A stretch of DNA of 52,793 nucleotides from a virus. Its lineage: Duplodnaviria > Caudoviricetes. The stretch is taken from positions 1-52,793 of IMG/VR virus record IMGVR_UViG_3300032294_002470. One strand, given 5' to 3'. Below are positions 1 through 7,940 of the stretch, piece after piece. The notes under the pieces were generated by a model, which made no database searches, was not told where the DNA came from, and saw only the letters and a list, made by a program, of their open reading frames with translations. Within the stretch, counting starts at the first letter, position 1. Every line of letters begins with the position of its first letter. Position numbers and translations under genes: made by a program.

Positions 1-72
1 GAAAATTCCTTCGTCTGTGGTTATTTTTATAGTTCCACCATCAAGGAACATTTCAAATTTTTTAATTTCCAT
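1..72 (-). CDS. Partial hypothetical protein (runs off window; probable further array cassette)
   Basis: ATG at 72, MEIKKFEMFLDGGTIKITTDEGIF..., open to the window edge. Confidence 0.6.
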   Translation of the reverse strand, partial: MEIKKFEMFLDGGTIKITTDEGIF

Positions 73-114
73 AATTTATATTTTTTTATAAGGTAAAACA
101 AAAATAATACATAC

Positions 115-168
115 TTATAACAAAGTGTAAAAAACATTAAAACGATTTTTTACACTCAACCGTTAGCG
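115..168. repeat. attC-like site 1
   Basis: TAAC 118-121, stem AGTGTAAAAAA/TTTTTTACACT, GTTA 162-165. Confidence 0.75.
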
Positions 169-174
169 GCAACC

Positions 175-447
175 CTACGACAGTTCTCCGTAAACATTTT
201 TGTAGTATTGAATTTCAGTTTCTCCATTTACTTCATCAGCAGAGTTTTGACCAGCCAAATGTGCATTTTGAATTTGCTCACGTTCTTCTTGAAGCATACC
301 TTTAAATGTAATTTTAGCCATTACTAAATTTGTGATTGCGGCATCAGCACCAAACTTGTATTTAGCATCTTTGCCTTTCTTTGAATTTTCGACAATACTC
401 ATTTGGCTGTCAAGTAATTCAATAACTTTTTGCAATGTTGTTTTCAT
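175..447 (-). CDS. Cassette hypothetical protein
   Basis: 90 aa ORF between sites 1 and 2. Confidence 0.8.
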   Translation of the reverse strand: MKTTLQKVIELLDSQMSIVENSKKGKDAKYKFGADAAITNLVMAKITFKGMLQEEREQIQNAHLAGQNSADEVNGETEIQYYKNVYGELS

Positions 448-490
448 TTTTTATTGTTTAAATTGTTAATCATTCCGAAAGAAGGGCAGC

Positions 491-564
491 CGATAACAGC
501 ACATACACGCTATTTCCCCTCCCTCAATCCAATGCTCACAGCGTGTATCTGCCATACGTTAGTT
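491..564. repeat. attC-like site 2
   Basis: TAAC 494-497, stem ATACACGCT/AGCGTGTAT, GTTA 558-561. Confidence 0.75.
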
Positions 565-789
565 GTAATTTTCATCACACCATTCTAATATACTCAAAAT
601 TTCTTCTGCTCTATCAATATATTTTTCAGATTCAACTTCATTACACATTATTGAAATATTCATATAATAATCATAATCGTTTTTCAATTTAAGTTTAAGT
701 TTATCAAAAAAACTACAACTAACATCAGATATATGTAATTTTTCATTACTCTTATCTAAGTTTTGTTCTAAATTTTTACTTTCTTCCAT
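559..789 (-). CDS. Cassette hypothetical protein (probable start MEESKN inside site 3 loop)
   Basis: Stop TAA coincides with the GTTA core of site 2; ATG at 789. Confidence 0.7.
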   Translation of the reverse strand: MEESKNLEQNLDKSNEKLHISDVSCSFFDKLKLKLKNDYDYYMNISIMCNEVESEKYIDRAEEILSILEWCDENYN

Positions 790-838
790 TTTATTAAATT
801 TTGTGTTAAAAACTACATATATCTGAGTATCGTTAGCA
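717..838. repeat. attC-like site 3
   Basis: TAAC 720-723, stem TCAGATATATGTA/TACATATATCTGA, GTTA 832-835. Confidence 0.75.
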
Positions 839-1177
839 GTCATTGCTACCATACGTTTCTAAATCGACAATTTCGCCAACTTCATTACGATATTGAAATT
901 TAAAATTGTCTGTAAAATTTCTATGCAAAGCCGAGCTTGAAAATACTTTTTTACGTTGAACACAACTTGCAATATCTTCAATCTTTGCCCTGCCAAAATC
1001 GTGACTATCACCGTGCAAAGTGAATATTGAATTATCTCTATCAAGTGTCCACCACCCACCGCCTTTAACCTTTGAAATATCGGTTGCAAGTTGCTTGTGG
1101 TAAGTGCATTTTGCCACTATTAAACAATCGCCTTCTTGGTCGTCTGTTTCTATTATAAATTTTGGGAATACATCCAT
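833..1177 (-). CDS. Cassette hypothetical protein
   Basis: ORF track 833..1210; ATG at 1177 (MDVFPK) preferred; stop lies in site 3 core. Confidence 0.75.
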   Translation of the reverse strand: MDVFPKFIIETDDQEGDCLIVAKCTYHKQLATDISKVKGGGWWTLDRDNSIFTLHGDSHDFGRAKIEDIASCVQRKKVFSSSALHRNFTDNFKFQYRNEVGEIVDLETYGSNDC

Positions 1178-1215
1178 TTTAAATTGAGTTTTATCGTTAA
1201 TAATCCGCAACGAAC

Positions 1216-1346
1216 TGCTAACATAGTGTTGCCAAAATGGGGGCAGACGTGCATTTAATGAACATTTGTACTGTGTTCAGCAGTAGTGCTTTTAATGGGC
1301 TTTTGTGCTATAAATCACCCACTTCGGCAACACTCGACCGTTAGCC
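1216..1346. repeat. attC-like site 4
   Basis: TAAC 1219-1222, stem AGTGTTGCC/GGCAACACT, GTTA 1340-1343. Confidence 0.75.
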
Positions 1347-1574
1347 GCAATTTACGACCTCACCCTCTTCATCGTGCAAATACCATTCGACACCTTTTGC
1401 ATTGCGACTAAGCCAAGCATCATCATAATCCGACTTACCAACTATGCAAACTACTTCACCTATTTCAAATTCGTGTCCGTGAAAGCAATGCAAAACTTTT
1501 ACACACTCACCGAAAGCAAAACTGCGGCTAACATCGGTTTTGTGCAAGTGGGGGTTTTCTACTTTATTCATCAT
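1341..1574 (-). CDS. Cassette hypothetical protein (start inside site 5)
   Basis: 77 aa ORF; N-terminus NPHLHKTDVS is encoded by the repeat arm. Confidence 0.7.
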   Translation of the reverse strand: MMNKVENPHLHKTDVSRSFAFGECVKVLHCFHGHEFEIGEVVCIVGKSDYDDAWLSRNAKGVEWYLHDEEGEVVNCG

Positions 1575-1651
1575 TTGTTCTTTTAATTAAGTTTAGTGGT
1601 GGGTTAAAACTTTCGTATTCCGCTACGATTTCATAGCCTCGACCGTTAGGT
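1526..1651. repeat. attC-like site 5 (chimeric, arms do not pair)
   Basis: TAAC 1529-1532, GTTA 1645-1648; left and right arms non-complementary. Confidence 0.6.
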
Positions 1652-1655
1652 TCAA

Positions 1656-1850
1656 TTAAATTATTGTTTTGATTTCTTTTAAATGTTTTTCATGAACCAA
1701 CCAAATGTTAGGTTCTACATTTTCATCAGTTTTAACAACTAAATAACCATTACCCTTATCTTCAATACATCTTACTACTTTTCCATTTGGTTGTAACTCT
1801 GGTCTATGACTTTCTGATAAACCTGTTTGATAATTCTTTCCTATTTTCAT
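1656..1850 (-). CDS. Cassette hypothetical protein
   Basis: 64 aa ORF. Confidence 0.75.
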   Translation of the reverse strand: MKIGKNYQTGLSESHRPELQPNGKVVRCIEDKGNGYLVVKTDENVEPNIWLVHEKHLKEIKTII

Positions 1851-1888
1851 ATTTCTTTTTTTAATTTGTAAAACAATAATTTAACTAA

Positions 1889-1981
1889 ATATAACAACAA
1901 ATATACCACATTTTTATCAAACAAAAAAATTAATTTGAAACTTTCTACCAAAAAAACGTTGTATATTTGCAACCGTTATAA
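1889..1981. repeat. attC-like site 6 containing TAnnTTTG promoter-like motifs
   Basis: TAAC 1892-1895, stem CAAATATAC/GTATATTTG, GTTA 1975-1978. Confidence 0.7.
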
Positions 1982-2170
1982 AACATTTTTCAATACACCA
2001 AGTTCCTTTGATTTTACCAAAAATTCTGTTTCATCTTCCAAAGAAAGAGTTGAAAACAAATGATGTTCTACTACATAAGGTGCTGCGTTTGATGTAACTA
2101 AATCATTTAAATTAGCTTTATCCCAGAATTTTTCAACTCTTTCTTCTTGTTCTTTTGTTAATTTTTCCAT
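1976..2170 (-). CDS. Cassette hypothetical protein
   Basis: 64 aa ORF, stop in site 6 core. Confidence 0.75.
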   Translation of the reverse strand: MEKLTKEQEERVEKFWDKANLNDLVTSNAAPYVVEHHLFSTLSLEDETEFLVKSKELGVLKNVL

Positions 2171-2181
2171 ATTAAAACGTT

Positions 2182-2273
2182 TTATAACAAGGTATATGTG
2201 AAATACCTCATAAAGTTTCTACTAAATTTAAAGTTCTGCGGTTAGGTACTTCACATATACCCAACCGTTATCG
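2182..2273. repeat. attC-like site 7
   Basis: TAAC 2185-2188, stem GGTATATGTGAAATACCT/AGGTACTTCACATATACC, GTTA 2267-2270. Confidence 0.78.
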
Positions 2274-2279
2274 GCAACC

Positions 2280-2510
2280 CTAAAAGATTGGCGGTACATA
2301 AGACCAATAGACAACGTTTTCAATTTCGTAATCTGAAATCTCATCATAGAAGTTTCTAAAATGACCTCCATCCATACATCCTTCATACATTACACCTACG
2401 TGTATTTTTTCATCATCGGTTGCTAAAAGCAAAGTATCACTTTTCAAACCGTCCCAATTTCCAGACTTTACAGCTATTGGGGTTTCATCACTTAGTTTTT
2501 TCCAAACCAT
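2280..2510 (-). CDS. Cassette hypothetical protein (DUF551-like)
   Basis: MVWKKLSDETP...VVYW pattern typical of DUF551-like phage proteins. Confidence 0.7.
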   Translation of the reverse strand: MVWKKLSDETPIAVKSGNWDGLKSDTLLLATDDEKIHVGVMYEGCMDGGHFRNFYDEISDYEIENVVYWSYVPPIF

Positions 2511-2551
2511 TTTATTTTATGTTTTAAATTAATAATCATAGAAAGGGCAAC

Positions 2552-2635
2552 CGATAACAGGTGTTTGGCAAAATGGCTTCCCAACGCTCAATGCCAACAC
2601 ACAAAGCCACTTCGCCAAGCCGAGAACCGTTAGGC
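2552..2635. repeat. attC-like site 8
   Basis: TAAC 2555-2558, TTGGCAAAATGGCTT...AAGCCACTTCGCCAA, GTTA 2629-2632. Confidence 0.78.
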
Positions 2636-2642
2636 GAAAGTG

Positions 2643-2993
2643 CTACGTCCCTCGTTCTACCCATCGTTCCAATTCTTCGAGTGTTAAATTCCCAAATGAT
2701 TTAATTTGGCTTTCTGTATATGGTTCATCCCAATACTCAATCAACTTACCTTCTTTTGTTGTAAAAGATTGCCATATCTTAAATTCTCTTTGTGTCCAAT
2801 CTTTTACTTTATCTGCCGTTTCAGTTCTGATGCTTAATCCTATTCTGTGGTCAGAAAAGCCAAAATAATGATTTCCGTTTAACACTCTATGTAAGTGCCA
2901 ATAACCAAATAGCGATACTAAATTAACCGCACCTTCGCCTAACAACACATTGCCAAAAGTGGGGTTTTCGTTTTTCAAATCAACATTTTTCAT
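2643..2993 (-). CDS. Cassette hypothetical protein (start inside site 9)
   Basis: 116 aa ORF. Confidence 0.75.
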   Translation of the reverse strand: MKNVDLKNENPTFGNVLLGEGAVNLVSLFGYWHLHRVLNGNHYFGFSDHRIGLSIRTETADKVKDWTQREFKIWQSFTTKEGKLIEYWDEPYTESQIKSFGNLTLEELERWVERGT

Positions 2994-3068
2994 ATTATCA
3001 AGTTTTGTATTTCAATTAAACATTAGTGGTATAATGCCCCACCTTCGGCAATCTGCAAACCGTTATAC
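2937..3068. repeat. attC-like site 9
   Basis: TAAC 2940-2943, ATTGCCAAAAGTGGGG/CCCCACCTTCGGCAAT, GTTA 3062-3065. Confidence 0.75.
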
Positions 3069-3120
3069 ACAATACTACATTAGTTTCAAATTAAGTTTAG
3101 TGATAAAAACTTTTTAAAAA

Positions 3121-3369
3121 TTATTTCTCAAACTTTGGTAAGAATCTAATCAAATTATTTTGAACAGGTGTTGGTAAAGAATTAAAATCATATTCTTGGT
3201 AATATTCTGCATCAGCAAAATCATCCAATGATAAAATTTTATATCTATCCTTTATGCTCAACATATTCCAATAATTTTCAATTTTTTCCCAGTCAATCAA
3301 ACCTTCATTTAATTTCTTATTATTGAAAGTTTTGAAATCATCTATTAATTTTCTCATATCTTTACTCAT
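3121..3369 (-). CDS. Cassette hypothetical protein
   Basis: 82 aa ORF flanked by internal inverted repeats. Confidence 0.75.
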   Translation of the reverse strand: MSKDMRKLIDDFKTFNNKKLNEGLIDWEKIENYWNMLSIKDRYKILSLDDFADAEYYQEYDFNSLPTPVQNNLIRFLPKFEK

Positions 3370-3464
3370 ATTTTTTAGTTTATATATAAATATTCAGAAA
3401 TTGATTTTTTAAAAAGTTTTATTCATGATTCATATCAAACTTCTACTTAATTAATCCGCACTGT

Positions 3465-3518
3465 GTATAACAAATGATAAACAACATTAAAACGATTGTT
3501 TATCATCGGACGTTATCG
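3465..3518. repeat. attC-like site 10
   Basis: TAAC 3468-3471, stem ATGATAAACAA/TTGTTTATCAT, same loop CATTAAAACGA as site 1, GTTA 3512-3515. Confidence 0.75.
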
Positions 3519-3661
3519 GCTATTGTAAGGACGACAGTTTTGTAACCAACATTCAAACCAATATTCGGTAGTTTCTCAACAAACTCCTCGTAGCTTCTAA
3601 CTACGATCCAGCTCTTATCGATTGGGGTCCTAATGTCGTCTAAGTATATTTTATGCTTCAT
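3503..3661 (-). pseudogene. Truncated cyclic-phosphate-processing receiver-like gene running into the array edge
   Basis: MKHKIYLDDIRTPIDKSWIVVRSYEEFVEK..., lacks the downstream DHDLG part and stops inside site 10. Confidence 0.5.
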
Positions 3662-4724
3662 TCAGTAAAAATTTATTTGAAATTACCTTGAACGAAATTT
3701 TTCGATCAAGACTTCTGATGACAACGCCCTCCCTATCAAAATTTGGATTAAGACTTGATTTTGAATCAGCGTACTCGAGTAATTGATCTATTGTATCAGG
3801 CAGAGCGAATTTGGTTTCAACTATTGGAACAATTGGTAAACCAAATCCCAAGACTAGTTTAGTAAACTCTTCAAATCCCAAGTATTCTTGAGTGTCGATA
3901 TTAAAAGCATTAAAGAACTTCACAGTCTGTCCTCTTAATTTATAAGGGTTCTTTTGAATTCCCTCGCCTACCAATTCTCCTTGAATGCAAATATTATAGC
4001 CAACTGACTCTAATTTAGGCTTAATCTCCATTTCTCTAGCGACTTTCCAAAACGTATTTTCATCAGTCTCCAGCAGTTCCAAATTACGTGAACACGCTCC
4101 AAACTCTCCGTCCTTTAAGTAGAAAGTTGCGGACGAACCGTCCAATTTCTCAGTTACGTAAAAAGCCTGATCTTTCCAACTTTCATAATGGTCGGTTAAG
4201 TTCTGTACGCGTTCCTCATCAGTCTTGTGAATGAATGACGGGAACATGCCTTTAACCTTACCTGATAACTCTGCTGGAATTGGTGGTTCATACTTAAGCA
4301 CGCACATGTACTCAGTAACGTCAGTGCCTTCTTCGATAACAAGCGCGTCATCATAGGGTCCAAGCTGAAGCTGATCTCCCCAAGGCTGTTTACTGATTCC
4401 AATCTTCATTTCATCTTCCTTTTCCAGAACACTTAATGGTAAACATAGCCCTTGCGAAACCTGCCCTCTAAGCTTAATTGTTTTTAATCTGAATCCCTCT
4501 AAGTCTCCCATCTTTTTGTATGAAGACTTTCTTAGGAATTCAAAGTCCTTCTCCATCGGTAGAAACGAATCTATTTCAAAATAGACGCAGAGGTCGCCCT
4601 CTGTGAATTCACCTTTTTTTGCAACTACGTTCCAGCTATTGATCTGAACTACTTCGATTGTATCAGCTCCATCAATCGGTTTGATTGCGCGGACTCTTTG
4701 AATGCTTGCTAATTTTCTTTCCAT
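3651..4724 (-). CDS. RNA ligase, DRB0094/Rnl2-like family
   Basis: N-terminal MERKLASIQ OB-like region, motif I TEKLDGSS, QGELVG, REGVV, FKVIS. Confidence 0.9.
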   Translation of the reverse strand: MERKLASIQRVRAIKPIDGADTIEVVQINSWNVVAKKGEFTEGDLCVYFEIDSFLPMEKDFEFLRKSSYKKMGDLEGFRLKTIKLRGQVSQGLCLPLSVLEKEDEMKIGISKQPWGDQLQLGPYDDALVIEEGTDVTEYMCVLKYEPPIPAELSGKVKGMFPSFIHKTDEERVQNLTDHYESWKDQAFYVTEKLDGSSATFYLKDGEFGACSRNLELLETDENTFWKVAREMEIKPKLESVGYNICIQGELVGEGIQKNPYKLRGQTVKFFNAFNIDTQEYLGFEEFTKLVLGFGLPIVPIVETKFALPDTIDQLLEYADSKSSLNPNFDREGVVIRSLDRKISFKVISNKFLLNEA

Positions 4725-4727
4725 TTT

Positions 4728-5030
4728 TTAATCTTTTATTTTTAAAATTAAGGTACCCCAACTAAGACTAATCCAAAATTTGAACCAAATGAAGTCAACT
4801 CCTATCATTAGGTTTGGTGAGTGTGTGTCTTTCCACAACCACTTAGGCAAACCTTTGGTTGAACCTACCGTTCTGTAAGTCTTCCACCAAATTCCCAAGC
4901 GTCTCTCAGTCTTCCACTTTCGTTTGTCCCACCAATTACTGTCATTGTCCTTTTCCCATTGGTGTCTGAGCACTAGGTCGATCTTAAGCTGACCAAGATT
5001 AGTGTGAAGTCCGTGATTACTCTTTCTCAT
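4728..5030 (-). CDS. Hypothetical protein
   Basis: 100 aa Trp-rich ORF in operon. Confidence 0.7.
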   Translation of the reverse strand: MRKSNHGLHTNLGQLKIDLVLRHQWEKDNDSNWWDKRKWKTERRLGIWWKTYRTVGSTKGLPKWLWKDTHSPNLMIGVDFIWFKFWISLSWGTLILKIKD

Positions 5031-5250
5031 GGCCTGAGTTTTTGATTATTGTGTAGGTTCCGCATACTGTTACTGATTGAGGATCTCCACCGCAACCGCA
5101 TTCGTTCTTGAACACAATACAACCGTTCGCATCCTTTGTATAGGAATTTGTCCAGTACTTACCGCCTTCGCTGTTAATCGTGTATTTTGCTGGTTTTCCG
5201 CAGCTTGCAAAAATTAAAGCTACGAATAATAAAATTATTATCTTTTTCAT
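5017..5250 (-). CDS. Putative lipoprotein
   Basis: Signal peptide with FASC lipobox. Confidence 0.75.
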   Translation of the reverse strand: MKKIIILLFVALIFASCGKPAKYTINSEGGKYWTNSYTKDANGCIVFKNECGCGGDPQSVTVCGTYTIIKNSGHEKE

Positions 5251-5251
5251 A

Positions 5252-5989
5252 TTATTCCTCCATTGTTGGTTTCAACCAAATCTTTGTCATAAAAATGTAT
5301 TCAAATAGTGCAGGATACCTCATCAATACTCTGAGAGTTTCGGCAGTATCGTGTTTGAAACATTTAAGTAGCTCTTCCCTGATTCTCTCAGCGGATACGA
5401 CTGCCATGAAGACTTCATAATCGAAGTGCTTGATGTGCTGATGCATGTCGGCTGTGATTACAAAGCCCTTAGTGATCATGAACCTGATCGCTCTTAGGAT
5501 TCTCAAAGGATCGTCCTTGAAAGTAACCTCGCAAGGTAACGGTGTTCTAAGAACTCCATTTTGTAAATCCTCAATTCCGTTGAATGGATCAATCAGTGCT
5601 CCATCCTCGTCCTTTGCGATTGCATTGAGCGTGAAGTCACGTCTTTGTAAATCATCGAATAGAGTTCCAGGCTTCACGATCGGTGTTCTTGTAAAAGGCA
5701 AGTATCCAACCTCTTTTCTAGCCATCACGAAATCCGCAACTCCCTGGTATTTGTGACCATCTGGAAATTTAGCCCTGATCGTATAACAGTCAGCTGTCAC
5801 TAAAAAGATTTGAAACTTCTCACGAGTCAAGTAGTCAACTAGCACTTTGAAAAGGTCTTCTGCTTCCGGAAACTCTTCAATTAAAGACTCCTTGGGAACG
5901 GCAACGAAATCAACGTCCTTTGACTGCAGGCCCAAGATTTCGTCCCTGACCTTGCCTCCTACCTCGTAAAATTTAAAAAATGGTTTCAT
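5252..5989 (-). CDS. tRNA nucleotidyltransferase (CCA-adding/poly(A) polymerase family)
   Basis: VGGKVRD..KDVDF, DLQRRDFTLNA, DDPLRILRAIRF, SAERIREEL. Confidence 0.92.
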   Translation of the reverse strand: MKPFFKFYEVGGKVRDEILGLQSKDVDFVAVPKESLIEEFPEAEDLFKVLVDYLTREKFQIFLVTADCYTIRAKFPDGHKYQGVADFVMARKEVGYLPFTRTPIVKPGTLFDDLQRRDFTLNAIAKDEDGALIDPFNGIEDLQNGVLRTPLPCEVTFKDDPLRILRAIRFMITKGFVITADMHQHIKHFDYEVFMAVVSAERIREELLKCFKHDTAETLRVLMRYPALFEYIFMTKIWLKPTMEE

Positions 5990-6007
5990 ATTACTTTAAT
6001 ATACCAA

Positions 6008-6676
6008 CTATCTGCCTTCATTTGTTTCGTGATGATCGTTTGGCAAAACTAAACACCTAACCGGGCGGTCCATCATGATCTTTGCGATCTCCTGCAGAGA
6101 GTAAGGATTTAGATCGTTTCCGTCCATGCCGACATCCATTGCCTTGCCATCATGTAGTTTATTCTCCGGACCCAAGTGAACGTGACCATGTAGGTGAATG
6201 ACTTCACGGTTCATGTCGTGCCAACTTGCGATTGGGTAATGGCATAGGATCATGGTCTTTTTAATGACCTCGCCAGAGTTTATTGAATTAGGTTCGTTTG
6301 GAACAGTAAGCTCAAGTCTCAAGTAATCGTGTACCGAACTGAATAACTTTCGGATTCCTCCCTTGTCCCTCTCGATGTGATGGTCGTGATTTCCTAGCAA
6401 GAGATGAATATTCTTACACAGAATTCTGTCCCTAAACTCTGCTATATTCTCATATCCTCCGAATGACCAGTCTCCCAAATGGAATAGAATATCGTCTTCC
6501 CTAACTAGGTGATTGAGGTTATTGATTATGGTAGCATTCATCTGTTCCAAGGTATCAAAATCCCTAGTCTTGCTGGACTCAGGCCAATTTGAAGTTCCCC
6601 TACAGATATTTGAGTGTTTATAGTGAGTGTCTGATGTAAACCAGATACGTTGATGAGGATGTAATGTAATTTTCAT
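6008..6676 (-). CDS. Calcineurin-like metallophosphoesterase
   Basis: SDTH, LGD, GNHD, HGHVH motifs. Confidence 0.9.
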   Translation of the reverse strand: MKITLHPHQRIWFTSDTHYKHSNICRGTSNWPESSKTRDFDTLEQMNATIINNLNHLVREDDILFHLGDWSFGGYENIAEFRDRILCKNIHLLLGNHDHHIERDKGGIRKLFSSVHDYLRLELTVPNEPNSINSGEVIKKTMILCHYPIASWHDMNREVIHLHGHVHLGPENKLHDGKAMDVGMDGNDLNPYSLQEIAKIMMDRPVRCLVLPNDHHETNEGR

Positions 6677-6685
6677 GAAGTTAAT

Positions 6686-6889
6686 TTACTCTTCCTCTTG
6701 CCAAATTAGCCCGTCTCCTTCAATTAAAATGTCGTCAGCTATATCTGCTAACAGGTCAGGTGCCTCAATTAAAGCATCATCATTTTGACATATACATTCA
6801 CCTGGCCCATGACTTTCAAAGTACTCGGTGAGTTTGGCAATAGCAGCCTCCCTCTTTTCCGGCGTCCAAATTACTTTCCAATTTCTCAT
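6686..6889 (-). CDS. Hypothetical protein
   Basis: Tightly packed ORF. Confidence 0.7.
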   Translation of the reverse strand: MRNWKVIWTPEKREAAIAKLTEYFESHGPGECICQNDDALIEAPDLLADIADDILIEGDGLIWQEEE

Positions 6890-6898
6890 TGATAAATT

Positions 6899-7153
6899 TT
6901 AAATTCCGTTTTCAATGCAGTATCTTAAATACAGTGCCTGCTGCCTGATTCCAAACTCGCGAGTCAATAGGTTTGCAGGTGCTCCTTCATTCACGACGAA
7001 CGTTACGTAGCCTGCCATTCGTTGAGCATCAAATTCCTTTACTCGACCTTGCACTTTTCCAGTTGCCGGATCAGCAATCAGTCGAATTGCTTTCGTTAAG
7101 TCTTCAGCGGTTTCGCAAAGATTGACCGCTGTAAATTTTTCTAGTTCTGTCAT
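6899..7153 (-). CDS. Hypothetical protein
   Basis: Tightly packed ORF. Confidence 0.75.
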   Translation of the reverse strand: MTELEKFTAVNLCETAEDLTKAIRLIADPATGKVQGRVKEFDAQRMAGYVTFVVNEGAPANLLTREFGIRQQALYLRYCIENGI

Positions 7154-7359
7154 TTCATTTGAATTAAATAATTATTTCTAACTTCAAGAGCGAGCCGACG
7201 TTGAGTGAATGTCGAAGGAGTGTCCATTCCACCTAGTGCTGACACAAAGTGATCGATCTCCTCGTCGGTTATGTTGAATGCGGCCTTTATTGCATTATCG
7301 AATAGGTCTAGTATTCCGCCCTTTGCTGTAAAGTTTATTTCTTCTCTTATATTTTTCAT
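7150..7359 (-). CDS. Hypothetical protein
   Basis: ATGA overlaps with neighbours. Confidence 0.7.
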   Translation of the reverse strand: MKNIREEINFTAKGGILDLFDNAIKAAFNITDEEIDHFVSALGGMDTPSTFTQRRLALEVRNNYLIQMK

Positions 7360-7745
7360 GATGTTGGTTCTTTCAATTTATTCAATTGAGATTCAAGTCT
7401 TTCAATCTCCTTTTGTTTTCTAGCCAGTTCTGCCTCAGCTAGCTTCAATTCATTAGCCTTAACTTCATCTTCAGTTGCCTTCCTAAATTCGTATCCATAC
7501 ATCTTAAGCTCTTGATGGTCACCGTGCCAATCGCAGCTGACATAATTTGCGCCAGCCTGCTTGAGATCGGTCAATTCTTTAATTAGCGCATCAATGTTTA
7601 CAGGCTCTGCCTCTGATTGTCGATAACCATCCTCAAGTACTGTGAAGTCTTCGTGATCATCATAACTGAAACCATTATCTTCCTCAGGCCTAGATTCTAA
7701 GAATTTTTGGTCAATTAATCGTTGTTTGAAATATAATATACTCAT
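7356..7745 (-). CDS. Hypothetical protein with C-terminal coiled coil
   Basis: 129 aa ORF. Confidence 0.8.
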   Translation of the reverse strand: MSILYFKQRLIDQKFLESRPEEDNGFSYDDHEDFTVLEDGYRQSEAEPVNIDALIKELTDLKQAGANYVSCDWHGDHQELKMYGYEFRKATEDEVKANELKLAEAELARKQKEIERLESQLNKLKEPTS

Positions 7746-7939
7746 TAATTATCTTGTTTCAATATTTTTAAAACTTCTTGATTTATTTTTTTCCAATCCT
7801 CAAGGGTCACGGGGAACTTTTCATTTTCGGTTCCGCCGATCGTTATGTCAACGTAATCAGTATGAGCGACAACGTCCATGTACTGACCTGCCGATTCAAA
7901 AGATATTTGCTCAACTCTAACCTTGATGCTCGATTCCAT
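7745..7939 (-). CDS. Hypothetical protein
   Basis: Operon-packed ORF. Confidence 0.7.
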   Translation of the reverse strand: MESSIKVRVEQISFESAGQYMDVVAHTDYVDITIGGTENEKFPVTLEDWKKINQEVLKILKQDN

Positions 7940-7940
7940 T

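Larger units (their letters stand above)
115..3518. mobile_element. Integron-like gene-cassette array (10 attC-like sites, 9 complete one-ORF cassettes)
   Basis: Repeated TAAC-hairpin-(C)CGTTA sites; the sequence after each GTTA is the inverted complement of the sequence before the next TAAC; one small ORF per unit; AT-richer than backbone. Confidence 0.75.

Noticed and set aside
115-3518. CRISPR array or simple terminators
   Set aside because: Units differ in sequence and length, spacers are whole genes, hairpins lack U tracts and show cassette-specific end matching.
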